Positions 27,353-37,527 are shown, counted from the first letter of the stretch. The stretch: DNA of 64,000 nt from Fimbriimonadales bacterium (GCA_038321975.1 JBBQFM010000015.1:5786-69785); one strand, 5' to 3'. A program made the numbers and translations. The notes: generated from the sequence alone by a model not told the origin.

Positions 27353-28327
27353 TTACCGAGTAGTTGACTCCCGAATCACGAGGTTCGGGGCGATCGTGGC
27401 AGTTTGCTGCGGCACCGTGTAGTCCCGTATTCGAGTCTGCAGAAACTCGAAGCTCATCTTGCACATCTCATCCACCGGCTGCTCCACGCTGGTAATTGTG
27501 GGCACGTAACGGCTGAGAATGTCCAGGCCGTCGAAGCCGACGACCGCGCAGTCTTTGGGCACGCTAAGCCCAAGATCCGCGAGGGACCGAATGAGGGAGA
27601 TCGCGGCCGAGTCGTTGTAGCAAAAGAACCCATCCGGCTTGCCGTGCAGGTCGATGTGGGCGCGAACCGCCTCTCTAACGGAATCCAGATGTCCGTTGGG
27701 CGAGAGAATCAGTTCCGGAGTGAGGCCCTTCTTCTGCAGAACCGACTTGTAGGCGGCATACCGACCTACCGGGTCGTCGAGGTGAAACGGGAATGACACG
27801 TGGGCGATTCGCTTACAACCGATCTCGGCAAGGTGTTCGACCGCCTGGACGGCTCCCTGATAGAGGTCCACCCCGACATGATCGCCACGATCGTCGACGT
27901 ACGCACCGACCGAAACAATCGGCATGTTGAGCGGCAATTTTGCTCCCGCGATCAACTCCGCAGCGTCGACGGCGATGACCCCATCAACCGGCCAATCGTA
28001 AGGGGTCTCTGCCCCCAGAGTGAATACCGCTTCGCAGTAGATAGTCTCGTATCCCGCCGAGCGGAACATCTTGTGAAACGTGTCGAAGACCTTCCCGTAA
28101 TAAACGTTGCGAAGTGGTGGAACCCACAAAGCAACCATTTGGGTGCGACCCATGACCAAGGCTCGCGCCGCGCGATTTGGGCGATAGCCCATCTCCTTAG
28201 CGGCGGCTACCACTCGTTGCCGAGTGGACTCCGGTATTGCGACATCGTGTCTCTCGTTTAGAACAAACGACACCGTCGCGTGTGAAAGGCCCAAAGACCT
28301 TGCAATATCCCGCAATGTGACAGCCAT
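27353..28327 (-). CDS. LacI-family transcriptional regulator
   Basis: VTLRDIARSLGLSHATVSFVLN, GYRPNRAARAL, VVGFDG, TSVEQP. Confidence 0.93.
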   Translation of the reverse strand: MAVTLRDIARSLGLSHATVSFVLNERHDVAIPESTRQRVVAAAKEMGYRPNRAARALVMGRTQMVALWVPPLRNVYYGKVFDTFHKMFRSAGYETIYCEAVFTLGAETPYDWPVDGVIAVDAAELIAGAKLPLNMPIVSVGAYVDDRGDHVGVDLYQGAVQAVEHLAEIGCKRIAHVSFPFHLDDPVGRYAAYKSVLQKKGLTPELILSPNGHLDSVREAVRAHIDLHGKPDGFFCYNDSAAISLIRSLADLGLSVPKDCAVVGFDGLDILSRYVPTITSVEQPVDEMCKMSFEFLQTRIRDYTVPQQTATIAPNLVIRESTTR

Positions 28328-28452
28328 CTCTCTTTCCCCATTCCCTAAAAAAGTTATCGCCCCTGACCGGCTAAATACCGGAAGGCCATCCTAGTGTATC
28401 TACCAGGACGGTGAGAATGGTAACAAGGATGTGAGATTTACAACAAATGGAA

Positions 28453-29712
28453 CTACGCTCGACCGGCCCCGACGTAAACATCGAGGGGCCTGTCGAGTTC
28501 AATTTTTATGACAGTGGCGTTTTCGTCCAATACAGATTCAGGAACGTCGATCCAAAGCACGCCAGGGGTGTCGCCAAGCCCGCCGACCATTTTGTGGGTT
28601 AGCGTGTCGCCACTTCCTACTACAGATACCGAAGCAACACGGTTAAGTAGGCCCTTTACTGCGATTTGATCCCACGGTCGATCAAAGCAAAAAAGATAGA
28701 GAGTTTTGCGATCTTTGGAGAGCGTAGAGGCGCCATAAAACAATCCCAGCGGAAGTCGGGCTACCGTGCCATAAACCGCCTCTTCGTGCTTTCGTATCCA
28801 ATTGCCCAACCCAAGTAGCCGCTCGGCCTGTTCGGGAAGGATCGTTCCGTCTTCCTTCGGACCGACATCGAGGAGCAGGTTGCCGCCCATTCCGATGACT
28901 TCGGCGAACATTCGGATGATCTGCCGCACCGATTTGTGGTTGTGATCCTGGCCCTGATAGCCCCACGAGTCGTTGACGGTCACGCAAAACTCCCAATTTC
29001 CTTCGGGTGCGGCGGTGGGTATGCCCTGTTCGGGGGTCGCGTAGTCCCCGTAATTCGTCAGCCGGGCATTGAAGATGCAGTTCGGTTGCCAAGTGTGGAG
29101 TTGTTCGCTTAGGCCCTTCATGTCCCACTGCTCGGCGTCCCGTTCCCACTCGCCGTCGAACCACAGCACGTCGACTTGTCCGAACTGGGTGCAAAGTTCC
29201 TGAAGCTGGGCTCGATGGAATTTCAGGAAAGATTGCCATCGCGCCGGATCTTGCTTATCCGCCTCCGGGTAGGCGAAGCGGTTAGCGAACGCCTCATCTC
29301 GGTTCGGCAGGATGGATGCGTAGTCGGGGTGTGACCAGTCGAGGTGCGAAAAGTAGAAGCCAACCTTGATGCCGTGTCGGCGCATCGCCTCCACATACGG
29401 GGTGATGAGGTCGCGTGCCGCTGGGGTCTTGTTGACCGTGCTGAGATCGCTGACTTTGGTGTCCCACAGGGCAACCCCGTCATGATGCTTTGTAGTCAAA
29501 ACGGCATACTGGGCGCCAGAGCGCTCGAACAGTTCAGCCCAAGCCTCGGGATCGTACTTCGATGCGGTGAAGCCGTCGAGCTGCTTCATGTAATCCGGAT
29601 AGGAGATCTCCCCGTTGTAAAAAGCCCAAGATTCGGGAATGCCATTCACCGCGTAAATTCCGTAGTGAATGAAGATCCCGAGCTTGGCGTCGGGAAACCA
29701 GCCTTGCATCAT
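28453..29712 (-). CDS. GH29 alpha-L-fucosidase
   Basis: AKLGIFIHYGIY, LTTKHHDGVALW, LWFDGEW, GGNLLLDVGP. Confidence 0.93.
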   Translation of the reverse strand: MMQGWFPDAKLGIFIHYGIYAVNGIPESWAFYNGEISYPDYMKQLDGFTASKYDPEAWAELFERSGAQYAVLTTKHHDGVALWDTKVSDLSTVNKTPAARDLITPYVEAMRRHGIKVGFYFSHLDWSHPDYASILPNRDEAFANRFAYPEADKQDPARWQSFLKFHRAQLQELCTQFGQVDVLWFDGEWERDAEQWDMKGLSEQLHTWQPNCIFNARLTNYGDYATPEQGIPTAAPEGNWEFCVTVNDSWGYQGQDHNHKSVRQIIRMFAEVIGMGGNLLLDVGPKEDGTILPEQAERLLGLGNWIRKHEEAVYGTVARLPLGLFYGASTLSKDRKTLYLFCFDRPWDQIAVKGLLNRVASVSVVGSGDTLTHKMVGGLGDTPGVLWIDVPESVLDENATVIKIELDRPLDVYVGAGRA

Positions 29713-29722
29713 GAAGGGGAGT

Positions 29723-30931
29723 TTAGCCCTTCTTGCCGGTCTTCTTGGGGAGTCCTTGCGGCTTCACACCAGGAGGGCTTGTGGAGATTCCGGTGGCTTC
29801 TTTCGTCGTGAAGAACCAGGATTCGGCCTTGGTATCGCCGCTGTCGTCGATGTACTCGACGGACACCTTGTACTTGGTGGAAGCTTTCAGCGAATCGTTA
29901 GGGAAAAGAATGATCGCGTTCGTCAGGTCGCTATCGGTGCCGGTGTCGTTGGTAACGAATGGAACCGCGGTTCCATCCGCTTGAGTGAGCGATGCCGAGT
30001 TCAGGTGGATCTTGGGCGACTTCTGATCGAACCTCGCGAGCACGATCGGATATCCCACGATCGGGCCGATGCCGGTGTGCATTCGCAGCGGGTTCGGCGT
30101 TTCGGCGCATTTCCAATCGATGGGCACGCCTTTCTCCCCGTTGGCCGGAGACATGACGGTCGCCGTCTCGGTGGTTCCCTCGAATTCCATGATCATTCGG
30201 TTGCCGGCAAAGCTGGAGCCGAACATCAGCGAACCGGGCTGGAGGAAGGGAAGCCGGTGATACGGCGCATCGAACAAACCCACAACCGCATTCGAAACGG
30301 TGAACGACCCAAAGGTGGCGCCCTCCCAAGATGGTCCGCCGTAACCGAAGGCTTCGAGCCGTTCCATTGGGGAAGCGCCGAAGAATCCGCTGGTCCCCGT
30401 TACCTCGCCGTGGCCGGTGAGCTTGTTCTGAATTAGGTAGCTGCAGTGACGGACCGCAGCGGCGGCGAACCGTGGATCGATCTTCAATTCGGTCAGGCCG
30501 AGTTTCTTGCGAATCGAGTTAACCTTGTCCAGAGTATCGAGCTGGGCTTTTTCGGGTTCGGGGAGGGAAGAGACCGCGTCCGCGGACACGACAGTGTCCC
30601 AAGATTTCGCGAACTGGACTTTGCCGTCCACTGTGATCTTGCAATCCACCTTATAAGTGCCGGGATTTAGAGGCTTGTCGGGAACATAACTGACCGACCG
30701 GGTCGCCATATCATAAGAGGCGGCAACCGTTTCTCCATTGATCCGCATTTCAATGCTTGTCACCGGAGCGTCGTTTGTCCAGATCTCCCAGCGTAGACAC
30801 GGGCGTCGAACGAGCAGGGGAATTTTGGGTCCGTAGAACCCAGTTTTCGCCTCGTACGACCGTTGTCCGTCAGCGAGCACCAACAAGCTCGCCGCGGTTA
30901 GCATCCCCAGTGCTATGCCGCGCATTTGCAT
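29723..30931 (-). CDS. Exported CAP (SCP-like) domain protein flanked by Ig-like domains
   Basis: VNSIRKKLGL, AAAVRHCSY, GHGE, DAPYHRLPFL; signal peptide. Confidence 0.85.
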   Translation of the reverse strand: MQMRGIALGMLTAASLLVLADGQRSYEAKTGFYGPKIPLLVRRPCLRWEIWTNDAPVTSIEMRINGETVAASYDMATRSVSYVPDKPLNPGTYKVDCKITVDGKVQFAKSWDTVVSADAVSSLPEPEKAQLDTLDKVNSIRKKLGLTELKIDPRFAAAAVRHCSYLIQNKLTGHGEVTGTSGFFGASPMERLEAFGYGGPSWEGATFGSFTVSNAVVGLFDAPYHRLPFLQPGSLMFGSSFAGNRMIMEFEGTTETATVMSPANGEKGVPIDWKCAETPNPLRMHTGIGPIVGYPIVLARFDQKSPKIHLNSASLTQADGTAVPFVTNDTGTDSDLTNAIILFPNDSLKASTKYKVSVEYIDDSGDTKAESWFFTTKEATGISTSPPGVKPQGLPKKTGKKG

Positions 30932-31130
30932 TCCTCAATAAAATGTTGGAACCCTTCACTCCAAGCGAAGGCAATAATGTGGAGATTCAGTCGTAGAACT
31001 AGTATAATTACCAGGATCTTGTCCTAGGAACAGTTAGTCTTGGGTCGCACGTCTAGAGACTCTAGAACGTCTCCTACAATTAGGGAGTCACAGTTCCGTT
31101 TTAAATACGTACTTATAGTCGGCAAATCCG

Positions 31131-32795
31131 TTGAGTAGTAGTCCACCGACCACGTTAGGCCAATATCAAATCATCCGCGAGATCGCGCGCTCGAACGACA
31201 TCGTTTACGAGGCGTATGACCCGCTGATGAATCGTCGCGTCGCAGTGAAAGAACTTGCGATGCCCCAAGGTGCTACGTCCCAACAGCAAACCGAGCGCAT
31301 CAGCCGATTCAAGCGCGAGGCCCAAGCCGCGGGCACCCTGAACCATCCGAACATCATGACGGTGTACTCGTTCGCCGAGGACGCGGGCCGGACGTTCATG
31401 GCGATGGAGTATCTCGATGGCGGCACCCTGCGCAACGAGATCGATACCAAGGGCTTCGTCCCTGTGGACCGGGCTATCGATATCGCATTTGAGCTTCTGA
31501 ACGGCCTGGAGCACGCCCACAGCAAGGGCGTCATTCACCGAGACATCAAGCCGGACAACATCCAGATCCTGTCCGAGGGTCAGATCAAGATCACTGACTT
31601 CGGCATCGCCCGATTGACCTTCCAGCCGAACCTGACGATGGACGGTCAGGTTTTCGGAACCCCGAGCTACATGTCTCCGGAGCAGGTAGTTGGCAAGGAT
31701 ATCGACGCGCGTAGCGACCTGTTCAGCGTCGGAGTCGTGCTTTACGAGATGATCTCCGGCCAGAAGCCGTTTGCGGGTGACAGCGTCGTGAGCATCACGT
31801 ACGCGATCATGAACAAGGAGCCGGATCAGCCCACTCAAATGAGCTATCCGCTGTGGCAGGTGGTCAGTCGGGCTCTGGATAAGAGCCCGGCGATGCGGTA
31901 TGGCAACGCCACTGAAATGATTCTGGCCCTGAAGGATGTGATCCAGGCCCAAAGCTCCGGCGCGATGTCGATTCCTGATCCTGGGCAAACGCAATACAGC
32001 CCTTACGGCATGCCGGCGCCACCCTACGTCCAGCAGAACCCGTACATTCAAGCTCAGCCTCAAGCGGCGCCTCCCATCGTTTATCCGTACAACCCGTATC
32101 AGCAGGGCGCGCCCCAAATGGCAAACCCGCAGATGGGCTTCATGCCGCCGCCAATGCAGGGTGGGTACCCGATGCAGCAGCCGGTTTTCTATCCGCCCCC
32201 TCCTCGGCAGCCGCTGATGAAGCCGGATACGGTGATCTTCCTCAAGCGCACGTTGGTAGCGGTCATCGTGCTCGGGACTCTGTTCTTCCTCATCGTCGTG
32301 GGCGTCAATGCGATCGCGACGTCGATGAATCGAGATGCGAAGGCTAAAGAAACCTCGATAAGTAAGCAGGATGCGATTCGGCTCACGTCTCAGGCGAACA
32401 ACTACGTTCAGAACGGCAACTACGAGCAAGCGGAAAGCGCCTATAGCGACGCGGTATCAAAGGCCCCCGATTTGGTGGAGCCGCGAATCGGTCGGGCTTC
32501 GTTGCTTGAGAGCAACGCGAAGCAGCAAAAAGAAAATCCGAGTTTGAGTTATGCGCTTTGGGAGCACGCGGGCGAGGATTGGAAGGCGGCGTCCGACGGA
32601 GTAACCAGCGCACAGCTTCGTGACACCTACGCCGAGAACGGTGCCCGATGCCTGTACATGTCGGCCCTCGCAATGAGAGAGACACAAACTTCTTCTCAGA
32701 CGGTGCGGGACACCCTTTACACCGCGAAATCGATGGCACCCAACAACTCCGGTGTGCGCCAACAGATCGCAGATCTCCTCAGCGAGATGCAGTAG
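31131..32795 (+). CDS. Hanks-type Ser/Thr protein kinase with TM helix and extracytoplasmic TPR-like domain
   Basis: RRVAVKEL, VIHRDIKPDN, KITDFGIAR, GTPSYMSPEQ, DLFSVG; P/Q/Y/M-rich linker; TM segment LVAVIVLGTLFFLIVVGV. Confidence 0.93.
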   Translation: MSSSPPTTLGQYQIIREIARSNDIVYEAYDPLMNRRVAVKELAMPQGATSQQQTERISRFKREAQAAGTLNHPNIMTVYSFAEDAGRTFMAMEYLDGGTLRNEIDTKGFVPVDRAIDIAFELLNGLEHAHSKGVIHRDIKPDNIQILSEGQIKITDFGIARLTFQPNLTMDGQVFGTPSYMSPEQVVGKDIDARSDLFSVGVVLYEMISGQKPFAGDSVVSITYAIMNKEPDQPTQMSYPLWQVVSRALDKSPAMRYGNATEMILALKDVIQAQSSGAMSIPDPGQTQYSPYGMPAPPYVQQNPYIQAQPQAAPPIVYPYNPYQQGAPQMANPQMGFMPPPMQGGYPMQQPVFYPPPPRQPLMKPDTVIFLKRTLVAVIVLGTLFFLIVVGVNAIATSMNRDAKAKETSISKQDAIRLTSQANNYVQNGNYEQAESAYSDAVSKAPDLVEPRIGRASLLESNAKQQKENPSLSYALWEHAGEDWKAASDGVTSAQLRDTYAENGARCLYMSALAMRETQTSSQTVRDTLYTAKSMAPNNSGVRQQIADLLSEMQ

Positions 32796-33575
32796 CTAGC
32801 CGAAACCGGCAGTGATCCCGCCATCCACGAGCATGCTCGTTCCGGTTACGTACGACGCCTGAGTTGAGCACAAGAATGCCACCGCGGCGGCGATCTCCTC
32901 GGGGGTCGCGAGTCGGCCCACCGGAACCTCGCTGCCCTGTTTTGTGAGTGCCTCTTCGGCGGTGATCCCCTCTCGGTCGGCCCTTATGTCGGCGAGGTGG
33001 CGCTGTCTATCGGTGAGAGTGTGGCCGGGGAGGACTCCGTTTACGGTGATTCCTTTGGGCGCAAGCTCTTTCGACTGCAACTTCGTAAGGGCCATGATCC
33101 CGGAGCGAAGCGTGGACGAGATGGGGAGAACCGAAGAAGGCTGTTTGGCCACGAGCGAAGTGATGTGAACGATCCGTCCCCAGCCGGAGGCGATCATATC
33201 GGGTTGAACGAGGCGGGTGAGCCGAATGATGTTCATGAGCGTGCTGTCGAACCCCGACTGCCACTGCTCATCGGTCATCTGGTCTAGGGTCCCGGCGGGA
33301 GGTCCGCCCGTATTGGTGACAATAATGTCGACCGGACCAAGGTCTTGCCGGGTCTGATCGACCCACCACAGGAGATCCTCGCTGATCGAGACGTCGACGA
33401 CGTACGATCGGGTTTCCTCCCCTATTTCCGCCGCTGCCAACTCGAGGGTCTCCTCGGTTCGTCCACAGATTGAGACTTTGCATCCTTCCGCGGCGAGCAA
33501 CTTGGCCGTAGCCAACCCAATCCCCTTGCTCGCCGCCGCCACCATCGCCACTTTCCCTTGTAGGCCGAGATCCAT
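32796..33575 (-). CDS. Short-chain dehydrogenase/reductase (FabG-like)
   Basis: MDLGLQGKVAMVAAASKGIG, VTNTGGPP, NGVLPG, YVTG..MLVDGG. An alternative start at 33608 has a strong SD (AAAGGAGG). Confidence 0.9.
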   Translation of the reverse strand: MDLGLQGKVAMVAAASKGIGLATAKLLAAEGCKVSICGRTEETLELAAAEIGEETRSYVVDVSISEDLLWWVDQTRQDLGPVDIIVTNTGGPPAGTLDQMTDEQWQSGFDSTLMNIIRLTRLVQPDMIASGWGRIVHITSLVAKQPSSVLPISSTLRSGIMALTKLQSKELAPKGITVNGVLPGHTLTDRQRHLADIRADREGITAEEALTKQGSEVPVGRLATPEEIAAAVAFLCSTQASYVTGTSMLVDGGITAGFG

Positions 33576-33582
33576 GTGGGAA

Positions 33583-33608
33583 ATGATGAACGATGAATGA
33601 TGAATCAT
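33583..33608. repeat. Orphan GATGAA[T/C] heptamer array, same unit as the four-helix-bundle flanks
   Basis: ATGATGAACGATGAATGATGAATCAT. Confidence 0.7.
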
Positions 33609-33704
33609 GGGTATGTCCTCCTTTCAGGTTAGAACTTGCTGACTCAGAAACGCCGAACAAAAGGTGCCGACCGCCAGAGATAGTGGCTAGGCCTTAATTA
33701 CAAT

Positions 33705-33728
33705 CTCCTGCTGTGTTCTCAGCAGGAG
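33705..33728. promoter_or_regulatory. Perfect 9-bp hairpin at the left edge of the low-GC segment
   Basis: CTCCTGCTG-TGTTCT-CAGCAGGAG; function unknown. Confidence 0.4.
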
Positions 33729-33798
33729 GAGTTGTCGACCCATGCCCATGAATGGTTCCTGAATCCTTGGGGATGCAATCTACGTATGTCATTCGTAC

Positions 33799-36780
33799 GT
33801 GGATTTTCCTCGATCGCTAAGAGACGCCTGCTTCCCTCCAGAACAGAAAATATCTCCTTTCTCACGCCCATTCTGGCGGCTATCAAGGCTGGCAGGACTC
33901 TTTCAGGCTCGAAGACAGCATCGGTCCCCCGAGTCGGTAGCGTGGAGCCAAGTTCAAGGATGGTTTTTTGCTCCCCTTTTTTTGATTGTGCTTTTGGCTT
34001 GGCCGCACTTCAAATCTCCCGTCCCGCGGGATCCAAACGCGCTTGCAAGTTTCCTGATAACCCTTTGGCAGGTTCACGGGTCGATCGCCGTTGTTTCGAC
34101 AGTCGTCTTTGTGATCTTGCTTCAAACCGCCAACTTCTCGAAAAGAACAACCTCAACGGTCCTCAAACTAGCGCTTGAAGCACGGATCCTATCGGCGTCA
34201 GCCTATGGGTTTTCGACGACATGCGCGATCGGTCTCGTGCTCTTGATCGATCAGCAGTGGGGCGCACTCACTTGGGCAGTGGTCGCAATCGTAATTTCCG
34301 CGTTTCTCTCGAACGTTGGCTTCGTTCTTTTCGTGCTTACCCAGAGCATAACTTTCCTAGCGAAGTCGCGACTCGCAAGGATTGAGCGAGAAAACCTGAT
34401 CAAACAGGTTGAAAGGCTCGCGGAGTCTGAGATCCGAGAGCAAATCTCCCTCAAATGGTTGATCGAGCACTTTGATAAAACAAGCGTCACAAACTTCTAC
34501 TTTGAATTGCCTGAGGGTTTACCACGATGGTCGGTGGAGAGCCACAAGAGTCAGATGGTTTCCGACATAAACGTTGAAAAGCTCATTCAGATCGGAGAAG
34601 ATTTACAAAGACGGCTTTCCACGGACGAACCTGTAATCAAACTCTTCGCGCGATTGGAATGGTCTTCGAGAGATGATAACGTAACGATTGCGGAGATTTT
34701 AGGCTCTCACGACAAAAACCTCGAACGCGAAATCAGGGGTTGCTTAACCTGGTCGAGGAAAGACGAAGGCGATGGCGAGGAACTGCTGGCAGGAGTCCTT
34801 GATCAAGTCCAGATGTCCGTAACCACTGGTGACATCACTGCCTTCAAGGATGGCCTCAAGATTTGTTCTGATGTTCTAGAAGCCACTCTCGGCAAACTCG
34901 ACCAGTTCGGATTAGCACGAGATGAGGGCGTCGGTCAGATGTCCAGTTTTTATGCTGTACATCGAATGCTGCGATTCGCCCTTGAGGAGGCTCTAAAGTC
35001 TGGGCGACCCGTTTTCGGGCAGACCGCGGTCCACGAACTGGCGCATTTAGCCGAACTGGGAATAAAGTTCGGGAACCGCGAGGCGGTTCGACAGTTGCTT
35101 CTGATGTACCCGTTCTTACGCAAAGTAGTCCTCGCGTCTGAATGGAAATCGGATCAGAGTTACCGCGAGTTCTATTGGCGCCCATTGAAGGAACTCGCCT
35201 CCTGGACCTCGTACGGGCTAGACGTAAACTCACAAGAGTTTGCTGAGACCGCGCTAGTTGCCATCTCAGAGGCCTTTTTGGTGATGTTGAAGGACTCCAT
35301 TTTGGAAGGTGGAGAGGACCTTGACAACCTCCTAAATGGCTGGCGCTTGGCTTTCGGCGAGGATGACACTAGGAGCGCCTTGCGGACCCGCCGTTTGAGT
35401 TCTTCCGCAGAGGATCTTGCCCTTAAATCGCATTGGATCTCCTTACTTGCCTGGACAGTCTATTTAGGGATTTCAGGCCAATTGGAACCACGAAAATTCT
35501 CTTTCATTTTCTCAAAACTTGCAGCGAAGTTCACTGAATTGAATGACGTTTTAGCCGCTGCTGCACATGCAAGCAGAATGGGAGATGATGACCGTGCTGA
35601 CCTGTCTGGATGGCTATTTTCAGTTTTGGCAGAAGGACAGGTACATGGCATCGACGAACGCACACCGATCGCCCAAGCGTGCGTAATTGTCCTGCTACTG
35701 AGGGCATCGGCACCACTCAGTCGCAAGCGTTTTGTGCCAACTCGGGAGTCATCAAGCGCTGCCGAGATTGCCGAAGACGCCTTGAAAGTTGTCGAGTCTC
35801 TTCGCGGACCCAGCACGCTTGCCAATCTCATAGTCGACTCGGGACTTCTCTCGAAGGTATCGAAGAAGCCTCTTGACGACTTGCAACAAGGCTTTGAGCG
35901 CGTCCGTGAAGAGGTGAAGGAACAACTTCGAGCAGTCGTCCGCGACAGTAGTTTGGATCAGGCTGTCGTTAATACTTTTATCGAAGATGTTCGAACAGGC
36001 TATACATCCACCAATTTTTTTGGTTCAATTCCCGAAGTTGCCAAAATAGACCAGAACCTCAAGCCGTACGTAAAGGGCCAAACGTTCGTGGGAATCAACG
36101 AATTGCACGACAAGAGGTTTTTTACGACGAATGGATTTGGCGTATTTCAATTGGCAAACAACGCAGTGGAGATGTTGTCCAGGGGTGTGCAGAAGTCCGT
36201 ATTAGAGGGTTTTGCGGCTGAGTCCGAGGATCGAAGACTCGTGGACCGAGATAAGCTCCTGTTAGAACTAGTAGAGATTTGCCGATCGCAGAGGCAAGGC
36301 TGTATCGTCGTCCAAGGAGTTGACGCAAGGCTAAACATTGAGAGGCACCCCGACTTCAAGTATGTAGACGACAAGAGACAGAAGGGCGAATTGGGCACGC
36401 TTGTAGGCGTGCCTGTGTTCTTGGGCTTTGACATTCAAACATTTGCCGCACTCTATCTTCCTTATGGAAGCGTTCAGATTGCTTATGCCGCCGTGAGGGA
36501 AGGCGAATCGCATCCAGTCTCAAACGTCGTTGAATTCGTGGACAACCATAAAGCCGAAGAGATTGTGAAGTCGTGGACGCATTCCAAAGCACGTGAGTTT
36601 GCCTCAACAAAGGAGCGGGAGGAGAAGGTGCTCGAACTTCAAGAAACTGTAGCGCTCCACATCGGAGTCCGTCCGATAGCAGTTTGTACGGGGTGCACGG
36701 CATTATTGACCAGCAGACACCTAGATGATGATGAGGATGAACTTACAACAGAAGATGAACTTGCGCCGCCCCAGGACTGA
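33799..36780 (+). CDS. 993-aa hypothetical protein: about 4 N-terminal TM helices, long helical region, possible HK97-fold-like C-terminus
   Basis: Long ORF with visibly more A/T-ending codons than its neighbours; hydrophobic segments in aa ~55-190. Confidence 0.8.
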   Translation: MDFPRSLRDACFPPEQKISPFSRPFWRLSRLAGLFQARRQHRSPESVAWSQVQGWFFAPLFLIVLLAWPHFKSPVPRDPNALASFLITLWQVHGSIAVVSTVVFVILLQTANFSKRTTSTVLKLALEARILSASAYGFSTTCAIGLVLLIDQQWGALTWAVVAIVISAFLSNVGFVLFVLTQSITFLAKSRLARIERENLIKQVERLAESEIREQISLKWLIEHFDKTSVTNFYFELPEGLPRWSVESHKSQMVSDINVEKLIQIGEDLQRRLSTDEPVIKLFARLEWSSRDDNVTIAEILGSHDKNLEREIRGCLTWSRKDEGDGEELLAGVLDQVQMSVTTGDITAFKDGLKICSDVLEATLGKLDQFGLARDEGVGQMSSFYAVHRMLRFALEEALKSGRPVFGQTAVHELAHLAELGIKFGNREAVRQLLLMYPFLRKVVLASEWKSDQSYREFYWRPLKELASWTSYGLDVNSQEFAETALVAISEAFLVMLKDSILEGGEDLDNLLNGWRLAFGEDDTRSALRTRRLSSSAEDLALKSHWISLLAWTVYLGISGQLEPRKFSFIFSKLAAKFTELNDVLAAAAHASRMGDDDRADLSGWLFSVLAEGQVHGIDERTPIAQACVIVLLLRASAPLSRKRFVPTRESSSAAEIAEDALKVVESLRGPSTLANLIVDSGLLSKVSKKPLDDLQQGFERVREEVKEQLRAVVRDSSLDQAVVNTFIEDVRTGYTSTNFFGSIPEVAKIDQNLKPYVKGQTFVGINELHDKRFFTTNGFGVFQLANNAVEMLSRGVQKSVLEGFAAESEDRRLVDRDKLLLELVEICRSQRQGCIVVQGVDARLNIERHPDFKYVDDKRQKGELGTLVGVPVFLGFDIQTFAALYLPYGSVQIAYAAVREGESHPVSNVVEFVDNHKAEEIVKSWTHSKAREFASTKEREEKVLELQETVALHIGVRPIAVCTGCTALLTSRHLDDDEDELTTEDELAPPQD

Positions 36781-36804
36781 CTCGCTCGTACTACATTCGA
36801 CAAT

Positions 36805-37158
<354 letters not shown>

Positions 37159-37191
37159 TCACCGTACTCGACCGGTATCCTCCAAGACTCG

Positions 37192-37518
37192 ATGCCCGTC
37201 TTTGAATACCGCTGCGCGGACTGTAGGAAGAAGTTCTCCGCCCTCGTCGGAATGACGGCGGAGCCGGATGATAGCAAGTGTCCGAACTGTGGCTCGCTGA
37301 GAACGGAGAAATTGGTCAGTCGGTTCGCTCGGTACCGAAGCGAGGACGACCGGATGGACGAGGTGGCGGATCGTCTGGAGGCGATGGGGGAGCCGGAGAG
37401 CACGTCGGAGATGCGGGCGGCAATGCGGGAGATGGGGAAGGCGATGGACGAGGACGTTTCCGATGAGATGGAGGCGATGTTCGAAGCGGATGTGGCGGAT
37501 GACGCAGAAGAAGCTTGA
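37192..37518 (+). CDS. FmdB-family zinc-ribbon protein
   Basis: MPVFEYRCADC...CPNCGS with an acidic tail. Confidence 0.85.
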   Translation: MPVFEYRCADCRKKFSALVGMTAEPDDSKCPNCGSLRTEKLVSRFARYRSEDDRMDEVADRLEAMGEPESTSEMRAAMREMGKAMDEDVSDEMEAMFEADVADDAEEA

Positions 37519-37527
37519 CGGCTCAAC

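Noticed and set aside
33630-33665. GGTTAGAACTTGCTGACTCAGAA as a tRNA fragment or att site
   Set aside because: No T-arm or acceptor stem, and no matching repeat at the other end of the low-GC segment.
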